Assembly: GCA_963768425.1 (NCBI GenBank)
Contig: CAVYHV010000031.1
Location: forward strand, 1 to 18,040
Reading direction: 5' to 3'
DNA length: 18,040 nt
Origin: Candidatus Bathyarchaeota archaeon
GTDB lineage: Archaea; Thermoproteota; Bathyarchaeia; Bathyarchaeales; Bathycorpusculaceae
Part shown: one piece after another, positions 7,743-17,085 of the stretch
How positions within the stretch are numbered: the stretch's first letter is position 1
Layout of the letters: every line of letters begins with the position of its first letter
Program-made: the position numbers and the translations under genes
Notes under the pieces: model-generated
Databases searched by the model: none
Told to the model about the DNA's origin: nothing
Seen by the model: only the letters and a program-made list of their open reading frames with translations

Positions 7743-10700
7743 CTAAGCTCGCCTTTTCGTCAGCACAGCAAGGGAGCCAACAATCACAACCGATAGTATA
7801 GCGACGACGACTGCGAAGGGAACCCAGCCGGTTGGAACCGAAAAGCCGCCGTAGCCTGACTCTTCTGAAGCAACACTGAAACTGATTGGGGCCGTTGACT
7901 GATGCTGCACGCCGTTCGCGTCCAAACCCGTCAACGTTGCTGTGAGGCTGTAGCTGCCGGCGGCTGTTCCAGCTGGAAGGTTGAACTCCACGGTTACCTG
8001 CCCTGAACTTCCGTAGAAGGTGCTTGGCAAATTAATCGCTGTCACGTACTGGGTCAGAGAACCCGTGAAGGAAACTGATTCCACGTTGAAGTTGGATCCT
8101 ACAAACGTGAACGCTAAAGTTTCCGTCTGGTTAGTACTCGCTGTCACTGTGCCCAGGTTCTGGCTGCTCAAAGTCACCGATGTTGAGCCGCCTGAGGATC
8201 CGCCTGAGCCTCCGGACCCGCCTGAACTAGATGACGCCCAGCTGACAACAACAGAGGCTACGTTGCTGTACAATCCTGTGAGGACCCCGGTTGCGGTGTT
8301 GTATGCTCCTGACATTTCCGTCACAGTTACTGGTACCCCGTAGCTGCCGCAACTGAACACTAACGTGCCAGAGCCTGTGCTCACAAAGTTGACTGTTAAG
8401 GTTTCCCCGTTCCAGGACAATGTCGACAGTGGCGTATCTGCTTCTTCAACGTAGAAGCCGCTGCCCCACGCATCAAAATTGACTGACACATAGTTGCTGC
8501 TGTTGGCGACGGAAACACTGAAGACTCCACCGGTGTAGGCGGTGCTGAGCACGTAGCTGACGCCAGTCACGTAGGTTGGGACCTGCCCGCAGTCAGTCAC
8601 GAAGGTACACGTCGAGGTCGACGCGCTGAAGTTCACTGCCAGGTCCGTTCCATCCCAGGCGACGTTGCTTATGCCTCTATTGGCAGCTACATGGTGGGTG
8701 ACACTGTTGAATATGTACGGGTACGCCGTGCAGCTAACAGGGCACGTCATGCTGCTGGTTACTGTGACGCTGAAGGTGGCGTTAACCGAAACCCCCTTCC
8801 ACGTGGCGGATCCTTGATATGACGTACCGGATGTGATGTTGGTCAGGGAAATCTGGCCAGACAAAGCCGGGTAAGTGGCGCCATTAAGCGTGAACACTGT
8901 GTTTGGCAGCAGGTTCCCCGCCGTGTCCTTAGCCTGCAGTGTCAAAACTAAGTTTCCTGAACTCTGGGAATAACTCGCCGTGTAGGTACCGGTCACGGTT
9001 TCTGCAGCGTTCACTGTCAGCGGCGACGTCGCCGACGCAGTCTGCAGATTGAAGCTTTCACCGCTGTTCGAACTCGAAACAGTCGACGCATAGCTGAAGG
9101 TCGCGGTTCCCCCGCTATTAACCCAGAGGGAAAATGGCAGTGCACTGTAGGCCTTGGCGACGCTATTCACCGTCACCACGGTTCCTGACGCTGAAGAATC
9201 CAAGCCGGACTGCGCGAAAGTGACCTGGTACTGCGTAGTCCAGGCTGCGGATTCAGTGATCGCCATGTTCATGGTGACGGAATCCGAAGCGGTTGAGCCG
9301 CTGTATGATCCTGTGCCGGTTCCTGTCCATGCGCTGAAGACATACTGGGTCCCGGTTGCTCCTGCAGCAGGCGTGGATACAGTGAAGGTTGCGTAAGCCC
9401 CTGAGTTGTACCAGCCCTGGCCAGACGGGGAACCATAGCTTGAAGTCACCGTCAAATAGTACTGGGTTCCGTAGTTGCCCGTGATTGTGGCTGCTGCAGA
9501 AACAGTGTAAGGCGAAGTCTGCGAGGAACCCGACAGGACGAATTGTTTCCCGGGGCTGCTGCTGACTGGGCTGGTCCAGCTGAAGATAACTTGGCTGCCG
9601 CTGTTAACCCAGACCTGGTAGGGCAGGGCTGAGTAGGCTTCGTTGTTGCCGGCGGCGGTTACCACAGTGCCCTGCGCCGAACTGTCCAGGCCTGACTGCG
9701 CAAAAGATACTTGGTACTGGGTGGTCCAGCTGGCTGTGGACGTCTGCGCCTGGTTCATGGTGATGGCGCTGCTCTGTGCGTAGCTGGTGCCGCCCGTGCT
9801 CCAGCTGCTGAAGACGTATTGGATTCCGCTGCCTCCGTTGACTGTGCCTGCGTTCAAGCCGGCATAGGCGGTTGTTCCTTGAGTGTACCAGCCTGAACCC
9901 GAGGGCACGCCATACGCGCTGTTGACTGTCAGGTAATACTGGGTTACCCAGTTTGCCGACGCAGTCACCGGCGTATTCATGGTGATCGCGTTGGATTGCG
10001 CGTAGTTTGTGCCGCCGGTTGACCAGCCGGTAAAAGCGTACTGGGCGCCTGAACCCGCAGAAACCGTTCCGGTGCTGAGGCCCGCGTAGGCGACGGATCC
10101 AACGTTGTACCATCCGCTGCCCGACGTGGATCCGTAGCTGCTGCTTACTGTGAGAGAAACCTGCTTCTGCCAGTAATAATAGATCGTGTGTGCGGCGGTT
10201 ACGTCTGTGAAGGTGTAGCTGGTTCCGCTGTACTGGGCTCCTGCGCCGCCGTTGTCGATGCTGTACCCGGTGCAGACGTATTGGACGCCGCTGCCTCCGC
10301 TCCATGGCGAAGTAACGCTTGTTGCGTAGGATCCTCCATAATTGGCGCTTCCCGACGCTGTTGGAGATCCATAGCTGGAATAGACGGTAATGGTGTAAGT
10401 GATTGGTGACGTCGAGACTGAAATGGTGTGCGGGCCTTGGACGTTGCTAAAGCTGTAAGAACCCGTTATTGGAACTGAACCGCCGTCAACTAAAACACTG
10501 TTGATTGAGTACCCTGTGTTAGCTGAATATGTGAAAGTCGGCGAGCTACCCTGGTCATAATAGGTCGTTCCAGATGGGCTAATGGTTGAATGTGAATCTG
10601 AGCTTGCGGTAATTGGAAATTGATAAGTCACTGAAAGGTACGGCGTGTTGCCTGATTGACTGGTGTCGATCGCTGCGTCAACGCCATTATTGAAAACGCC

Positions 10701-11268
10701 ATTAATATCGTTGGGAGTTCTGAGGCAAAACTTTGTTTCTCCGCCGACATTTATCCAGCTTAAGCCTTGGCTGCTAAGGGAAATGCTGTTCCAGCCAGTT
10801 GAGCTTACTGTAGCCGACCCGCCGTTTCCATTATAGTTTCCGCTATAGAAGTCGCCGGCTGCTAACGGATCATGGGGGTAAGTAGGCTGCCCATTTTGAA
10901 TGACTACAGTGGGAGAACCGCCAGAACCCAAGGCGTTTATGTCCAGATTCAGGGTTGCACTTGTGATAACGGCTCCCACTGGTATTGAGCTCGTGTCAAA
11001 GAAGACAAAGCTGCGGTCAACATAATAGTACGTGCCGCCGGCAACGATTTGCCATTGCCCACACATCATTTGAGTGTAGCCGTTATCCACCGTTCCTGAA
11101 CTTGAAGATTGAGACGCGCTGTCAGCTAGTTAAGTAGCTGTAGATGTAGCCGTTAGAGGCGCTTGAGTAAAAGGTGGATGTTGTAGCTTTCGCTGAATGC
11201 ATCCCTACCAAACTGATTCCGCACAACAGAACAAAAAACAACATGACTGCGGATACACTTTTCTTCAT
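7743..11268 (-). CDS. Large (~1174 aa) S/T/G-rich surface adhesin: signal peptide, DNRLRE-like domain, tandem beta-sandwich repeats, C-terminal TM + KRR
   Basis: ATG at 11268 gives signal peptide MKKSVSAVMLFFVLLCGISLVGMHSAKA. Removing one base at ~11123 joins it to ORF 7743..11090. RSFVFFDTSSIPVGAVITSATLNL...PYLSVTY is the DNRLRE-type signature. Confidence 0.88.
8975..10390 (-). repeat. Internal tandem domain repeats of the adhesin (A units ~74 aa, B units ~85 aa)
   Basis: A: LTVxSxYGxxSGxGWY...QYxFxxW...TMN...AxWxTQY, with DNA match TTCATGGTGAT at 9754 and 9976 (222 nt apart). B: QYQVxFAQSGLDSSAxGTVVT...AYSALP at ~9209 and ~9695 (486 nt apart). Confidence 0.85.
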
Positions 11269-11360
11269 TTGTTAATTTCCTCAAGAGATAAAAAAAGAAA
11301 AATCTGCCGGGTACTCGACAACTTTCTTCACTTTATCCCCACTAAAAGAAAAATTTGGAA

Positions 11361-12192
11361 TCAGCGGAAACGTGTTCGTGTTTTTTGGTTTTCTTTTGCG
11401 CCAAGCCACGCTGGAATCACGATGCCCAGCACGATCCAGAGGAGACATAGCAGAGCCAGAATTCCGTCTGAGGCAGTGAAAACCGTTGGGAACAGCGGCA
11501 AATTCGACGGTGTTGTAAGGTAGCTGGTGACGGTGAGGATTGCGTTGTAGGTGCCGTGTGCTATAACCGGCGCCAGGAACGCGTGTGTCAGCTCGAGCAA
11601 CGCGAGCAGCAGCATGCCGTCGACGAAGGCGGGAATCAGGTACCAAAAGTTGTTGTAGGCCTGTATCGCGTGGAATCCGGCCCAAAGCAGAACAGGCGTC
11701 AACGCAATCAACCACATAAGGAACGGCCCCAGCTTCTTGTAGTATGCCTTGAACTCAGTGTACCCCGCGAATTTGAGGAGTTCCTCAGCGAGGGCAACCA
11801 CTGTGTACGTGAAGAGTATGTCGCTGATTACGCTTGTTGTGACGCTGGTTTGGCCGGGGATGCTGCTCAGAGGCTGCAGCGAAGCGGGAAAAACGCTTGC
11901 GGATATTACAGATACCAGGTACATGAGGCGGGCGAAAAGGAAGATGTAGAAGACGTAGAGGGGCTTGAGGTTTTGATAGTAGTTTTTGCCGGCGTCGCTG
12001 AACAAGTTAGCAAATAACAGAACCACCAAGCTGAAGATGGCGATGATGCAGTAGACAATTATGATGAGTGCGCTGCCGAAGCTTGTGGCCAACAAGTTCG
12101 AGTTGGTGACCTGCAGCAGAAAAAAAGTCACTGTGAAAACCGTTAGGACCAAGAAGATAATGACGTCCGCAACTCTGGATTCTAGTAACCAA
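11361..12192 (-). CDS. CPBP (Rce1/Abi)/PrsW-clan intramembrane glutamic protease
   Basis: Multi-TM protein with AEELLKF, WAGFH and AHGTYN motifs. True start is probably TTG 12192 (MVTRIQ-VADVIIFLVL) via a +1 indel at ~12174. Confidence 0.85.
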
Positions 12193-12289
12193 ATTCTTCA
12201 GCTCTCATAAGAAAAAAGAAGCTTAGAGGCCTAAACGTGGCTTCTTAGACGTTAACACGCACCTACCATTGAGTCTGCATGGAGTCCCG

Positions 12290-12546
12290 ATGCTAAAGCC
12301 GAAAGTGCGAGAAGAAATTCAACAAATTTTTGAAGGGCAGTCCGACAAGGAAGACTACCGAAACCTAAAAGACCTGAATATAAATTTGCTAAGTATATCG
12401 AAGAAAAGAAACAGGAAGCGGCTCAATTTCCTCAAATGACTATAGAGATACTAACTCAAGCCAAAAGAGAGCTACCAGAAAGAGCATATCTGAAGTTAAG
12501 AAAACAAATGGGAGTAAAGCATAATCTACAAATTTTTCTTGATTAA
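12290..12546 (+). CDS. Frameshifted ~85-aa charged helical hypothetical protein
   Basis: GGAG RBS then MLKPKVREEIQQIFEGQSDKEDYRNLKDLN; a -1 shift near 12380 continues KFAKYIEEKKQEAAQFPQMTIEILTQAKRELPERAYLKLRKQMGVKHNLQIFLD*. TTAA stop overlap with the convergent gene. Confidence 0.5.
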
Positions 12547-13034
12547 CCTAAGCGTGGTTTCTTCGAAGTTAATATTCCACCGAAAATTGCGAGAATTGCA
12601 GGGGAAACAGAAAAAGCAAGAACTCGATCAACCCAAATAGCAGCACTTGATGTCGCTGGAATAATCCAAGACCAAACCGACCACATAAAGCCATCCTCAT
12701 CTTGGTAAAAAATTCCGCTAGCTCCGGTGAAGTGTCCTGTTGTTGCCCATTGAACATAAGGTGATGACCAATCCACAACTACGAAAAAGCTGAACGTAAT
12801 AAGCAAAAGCCCAAGGGTTTGCTGTATGCTTTTGATTTTGACTCCGAAGATCACGAGGTCAAGTCTGCTGAGGACAAAGATACTTGTCCAAATAACGATG
12901 TAGTACACGGCTAAGCCTTCAATTGCGTTTAGCCCATTAAGCGCCTGCAGAAAAGTTCTTGTGTAGAAGATAAAGCCTAAAACGGCGAATGAAACGGCTA
13001 AGCCGATTTCCCTTATAGTTAATTTGTTTTTCAT
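12543..13034 (-). CDS. Integral membrane protein (~4 TM) with an acidic loop (YQDEDG)
   Basis: Hydrophobic helices. Probable start is ATG 13034 (MKNKLTIRE), after a T-tract. Confidence 0.8.
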   Translation of the reverse strand: MKNKLTIREIGLAVSFAVLGFIFYTRTFLQALNGLNAIEGLAVYYIVIWTSIFVLSRLDLVIFGVKIKSIQQTLGLLLITFSFFVVVDWSSPYVQWATTGHFTGASGIFYQDEDGFMWSVWSWIIPATSSAAIWVDRVLAFSVSPAILAIFGGILTSKKPRLG

Positions 13035-13075
13035 GAATGGTCCCAAAAGAAAAAGGGAAAGAAACAAAGTAGTGT

Positions 13076-13453
13076 TTAGTTATGCGATGCGGTTGCGTAG
13101 ACGTTGAATGTTCCCGTTGAAGACGGCTGCCAAGAAGTCAATGTGGCCACGCCGTTTACCGCGGTTGCTGTGCCTATGCTTGTTCCTGAACCGGCTGCGC
13201 CCTGCAAGAAAGTTACGGTGCCGCTGAATGATGCGTCGCTGCAAGTCGCCGTTAAAGTGATTGTTGGCAGATTTCCCTGGGCGCTTGTCAACGAGGCGGC
13301 GCCGTTAACTGTTAAAGCCAAAGTTGCCTGCTGAGTAACCGTGACTGTCACCGAGTTGCTGGTCATAACGTACTGCGCATAAATCAATGCTGAAGCTGCA
13401 CCTGCAATTAAGCCGATCATTAACACGAGAAGCACTATGTTTCGGGTTTTCAT
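13076..13453 (-). CDS. Small secreted Ig-like (Big_3-like) protein, candidate fibre subunit
   Basis: Signal peptide; beta-rich with GTVTF...IGTA...NGVATL...GTFNVYAT; GAGGAGGG RBS. Confidence 0.85.
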   Translation of the reverse strand: MKTRNIVLLVLMIGLIAGAASALIYAQYVMTSNSVTVTVTQQATLALTVNGAASLTSAQGNLPTITLTATCSDASFSGTVTFLQGAAGSGTSIGTATAVNGVATLTSWQPSSTGTFNVYATASHN

Positions 13454-13591
13454 TTTTCTTCCTATCCCTCCTCTAAAAGAAAAAAGTAAGTTGTATCAAG
13501 TGGCTGGGAAAAATTACTGCCTGATACCAATCTCAGGTTCTATCCATTGACTGGGGCTAACGGGGGTTTCATAACATCGAGTTAATCGCTC

Positions 13592-13858
13592 ATGTTCCTC
13601 TGTCAAAGCTTCAAATTCAACATCACAGGCACACCCTTAGCAAACGTCGCAGTCAACCCATTCGCATCAGCACTAACAGGACTACTCTTCAGCAAAGGAC
13701 TCAACTACATCAAAGAAGTCCCAACCCAACCACTATCCCAGATAGGAGACATCGTTGCTGACGCGGCAAAACAAATACCCGCTTCGGATCCAACACCCGC
13801 ACCATCGGCTTCTTCAACTCTGCCCGCCTCAGTTCCCGTAGCATCTCCTACAACTTAA
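13592..13858 (+). CDS. Small membrane protein with a Pro/Ser tail, holin-like, possibly 5'-truncated
   Basis: ALTGLLFSKGLNYI resembles the LTG...S.G.N..H motif of small phage holin-like proteins. T-tract after the stop. Confidence 0.5.
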   Translation: MFLCQSFKFNITGTPLANVAVNPFASALTGLLFSKGLNYIKEVPTQPLSQIGDIVADAAKQIPASDPTPAPSASSTLPASVPVASPTT

Positions 13859-13884
13859 AAACTAAGTTTGCTTTTTTTCTTTTC

Positions 13885-14763
13885 CTATTTTTCGGCATTT
13901 AATTTTCTTGTCTTAGCGGAGGCTATCACATTCTTGTACTTAGAAAGCCACTCATTCATTTCTTGTCTCTGTTTCTGTGGAATTTGTTTTAGCGTTGGCA
14001 GGTAGCGACTGGATTTTATTTTTCCTACCTTTGCATATCCTGATTTGTCTATCGAAATGATAGCATCAATTTCAGTGATGAGATTGTTGGTTCTCTTAAT
14101 TAGCCAATCGTCAGGCACATCAAAGTAATTGATTTGTCTCAAGTTAACACTAATCTTCGGAAGTTGTTTTGGATAAACTAAGGCTTCCCAAATGCTCTGT
14201 AATTCTTGCGGTAAGCTAACATTTTTATAAATTTCGCAAGAAACGGCTTGCAGAAGCCTTTGAGCAAATGATCCTTCTCGATCGGTCAGTTTAGATATTT
14301 GAACTGGCAACCATACGAGATTCGGAACAAATGAATTAAGCATGTGATGCCTCGATGAAATTATGTAGTTGTTATCGACAGTAATCTTTCCCCAAATATG
14401 GCTTGCCACAAAACCAGTTCCAAGCTTTTTGCCATCATAAGCAGGGATATTTGCGCTCTTAATTGGAAAACTTCTGACTATCCCTTTCAGTAATGTGTTA
14501 TCGTCACGCAAGTAACCTTTCGAATTCGCTGATCCCCACTCATCATGACCATTGGATGTTTTAGTTCTGCAGGAATTATCTCTAACAACATATGGTAAGA
14601 TTATCGGAAGCTGGGTATAGAAATTACTTGGAATCCAAATTGAAAGGTCAATAAGTAAATGCTTTATCAATTCCTTGGAAAACTCGTTATCTTCTCGCAT
14701 TAGGCTCTGCAAGTAATGGTAGAGGATGTTTTGTCCATCGACAACTTTATTGCCAGTGTTCAA
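13885..14763 (-). CDS. Hypothetical protein with an HNH-like nuclease motif, third gene of the R-M operon
   Basis: GFVASHIW...LNSFVPNLVWLP resembles a His-Me-finger core. Starts 8 nt after the REase stop. Confidence 0.7.
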   Translation of the reverse strand: MNTGNKVVDGQNILYHYLQSLMREDNEFSKELIKHLLIDLSIWIPSNFYTQLPIILPYVVRDNSCRTKTSNGHDEWGSANSKGYLRDDNTLLKGIVRSFPIKSANIPAYDGKKLGTGFVASHIWGKITVDNNYIISSRHHMLNSFVPNLVWLPVQISKLTDREGSFAQRLLQAVSCEIYKNVSLPQELQSIWEALVYPKQLPKISVNLRQINYFDVPDDWLIKRTNNLITEIDAIISIDKSGYAKVGKIKSSRYLPTLKQIPQKQRQEMNEWLSKYKNVIASAKTRKLNAEK

Positions 14764-14771
14764 GACTCTCG

Positions 14772-15477
14772 CTAAGACTCCTTTTGAGGATTCATGAGTT
14801 TTTTCAAGTCATCAACAAACTTGTCAAACATTTTTACTTTATCGCTTTCTTCTATGGGGTTAGGGCACATTATATAACTCCCATCAGTATCCACTTCTAC
14901 TATGGCTCTGCCTTTCTTGGCTGGTTTTCTAATTGCTAGAGTACAATCCTCATCGGGAGTAACAAAAAATACTTTTATATGCTCAGTAACTTTATCACCT
15001 GAGAGCTTAATTTTCCAATATCCAGTTTGAGCGATTCGCTCTCGCAAAGTAACTTTGCTGGAAATTACCGCAAGGACCTTCAAAGTTTTTGGTTCATAGA
15101 CTACTAAGTCAACATCAGGTAAATGAGACCCAAACTCTCCAAAATCAACTAGTTAGATTTCGTTTTATTTGCCCCAAATCTTTTGGTAGATTCTTACCGT
15201 TGGTCCGTTCTAGGGTATTTCCTTCAACTATGCGTAATCCAAGCGATTCTATCTCTGTTCTGAGCATATGCAAAACTATTTTTTCAAGATTTTTGCCTTT
15301 CCAGGCTCGCCACGATTGCTCATGATCATTCATCGTTGTAGGATTCTTAAGCCAATCTTTGTGATGAAGCTCTTTGGCTTCATCAAACAACTCTGAGATA
15401 TGCTTGTAAACGTTAGGACCGTAGATTTTGCGCTTCTCTTCATACAACTCTATTAAATCATCGATTCTCATAGTCAA
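14772..15477 (-). CDS. BsaWI-like Type II restriction endonuclease (CCGG family), rejoined across a +1 frameshift at ~15153
   Basis: QSWRAWKGKNLE, then (after removing one A) NLLVDFGEFGSHLPDVDLVVY...AVISSKVTLRERIAQ. This is the PD...SxKxxxRER motif of CCGG-family PD-(D/E)xK enzymes. ~234 aa. Confidence 0.85.
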
Positions 15478-15486
15478 GAGGTTGTT

Positions 15487-16772
15487 CTATTCGCCTTTTT
15501 TGCTTTTCCCTCTCTTGTAATATGTCCAGTTAATTTCTCTAAGTTCTTCAGTTTTTCCGTCATTTGGAAATGGCTTTCTCATGATAAAAAGATACTTGAA
15601 CCCTCGTAAATAGAAATTAAAACGCCTAGCACGGTTTGCCCAAATACCTGTATTGGAGGATTGATTTCTTCGAGCAATGCAGATGATGTCGACTGTATCG
15701 AAATATTTTGCCATCCTCGCATACAACAAGAAACCGACAGGTGTAAATTTCTTTTTAACCCACTGGTCTCCTATCAGCCAGCCGAGGACTTTTCCAGGCT
15801 TCAATATTCGATGGGATTCTTTTATTACTTTTTCAAGTTCATCGTAAAACTCTTCTGTTTCGCTTGAAATGCATCCGATACATTCAGGCTCTTCGTTGTA
15901 TTTGATGTTATCACCATATGGCGAATCTATGAATACCATATCGGCATAATTGTCAGGAAGCGGTATTTTCCTCGCGTCATTCTTCAGAATGTCTTTTCTG
16001 TAAGGTGGAGGGGAAACGTCATAGCATATTGCTTTCCTTCCTTCTTCTTTGCAAACGTCAAGGGTAGTTCCACTTCCACACATTGGATCAACCACAAGGT
16101 CTCCTGGCTCTGTATATCGCCAAACCATATTCCATATGAGCTCTGCGGGAGTCACGCCTGCATATTTGTTGTTGCCCTTTGGAGTGTTTCCATAACTTTG
16201 CCTTGGAAAATCCCAAAGTGTAGTTGACTGCATCTGAGGTACTTCTTCAACATCCTCCTCTTTTTTGTTATTTTTGACATGAGGTAGCATTTGCCAAGAT
16301 TTGGGCTCTACGGATATCTCCAGTTTTTCAGTTTTCTTACCTTCTGATAAGAATTCGAACCACTCGTTGATTGGAACTCTTTCGGGCCTGTACAGTTCTA
16401 GAACCGTAATGGTTTTGCTCTTGCCAAATGGCGATGACCTACCTATGTTCAGATTAGTTAGAAGCTTTTTGGCATCTTTCAGAGGATACATTTTTCCGAG
16501 CGGCTCAACTTTGACTTGGTAGGGATAGTTTCCCCCCAAGCTTCAGGAACTATGTTTATTTTTGCATCAGTACTTGCTTTGAATACTCCATACAGTAGGT
16601 CAGTGTCTAAATTCCATAGGAATAGGAAATCACCTTTTTTAACCCTAATTGCGGTGGCACCATAAACCTTGTTTTTTCCAAACAATAATCGTTCAAAGCA
16701 CTCATTTTGAGATGAGTTAGTGCATGCGAATATGAAGCTTTTTGTGGTGACAGGTAGCAGCTTTTGGGTCAC
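15487..16772 (-). CDS. DCD-domain / amino (N4-C or N6-A) DNA methyltransferase fusion, rejoined across a G6 run at 16532-16537
   Basis: N-terminus FIFACTNSSQNECFERLLFG...LFLWNLDTDLLYGVFKAS...IVPEAWG|GNYPYQVKV matches the DCD pattern. C-terminus has motif I DPMCGSGTT and motif IV DSPY. ~428 aa if one G is added. Confidence 0.85.
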
Positions 16773-16814
16773 TTATGGTTCCTCACGATAAACTTTTACT
16801 GATTACTGCGTTCA

Positions 16815-16830
16815 AGTTAATATAAGTATT
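16815..16830 (-). promoter_or_regulatory. Putative TATA box of the R-M operon
   Basis: CTTATATTAA on the minus strand ~45-50 nt upstream of GTG 16772; GAGG RBS. Confidence 0.4.
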
Positions 16831-17085
16831 AAAGAATATGGTAGAAATCCAACTAAATGCATGATTTGCAAAAACTTCACTTTTACTAGCCCCTCCTCTT
16901 TCCTGCAGATTAGTTTCTGCAATTCATTTTCAAGTGATTTGAACCTGATGCTTGAACCCGAGTGAAAGCTTATGAAAACGAAATTAGGTTGCCTGGAGGC
17001 TTAGCAAGCGTGAGCAAGACTATTCCTTCTTACCGAACAATGCGAGTCTGGGTTTCCCATTTTTTCAATTCTATTTCTACGCTTT

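Noticed and set aside
8020-12017. Long alternative ORFs (8020..8343, 9154..9396, 9604..10305, 11281..11715, 11556..12017 and others)
   Set aside because: Shadow frames of GC-rich genes with biased codon use; no motifs.
12251-12264. TTAACACGCACC as the partner IR of the IS (composite transposon)
   Set aside because: Only a 7-bp match, with no transposase 5' part or target duplication.
13885-16772. Apparent absence of CCGG in the R-M operon
   Set aside because: Only a few sites are expected in AT-rich DNA, the scan was by eye, and WCCGGW sites occur elsewhere in the window.
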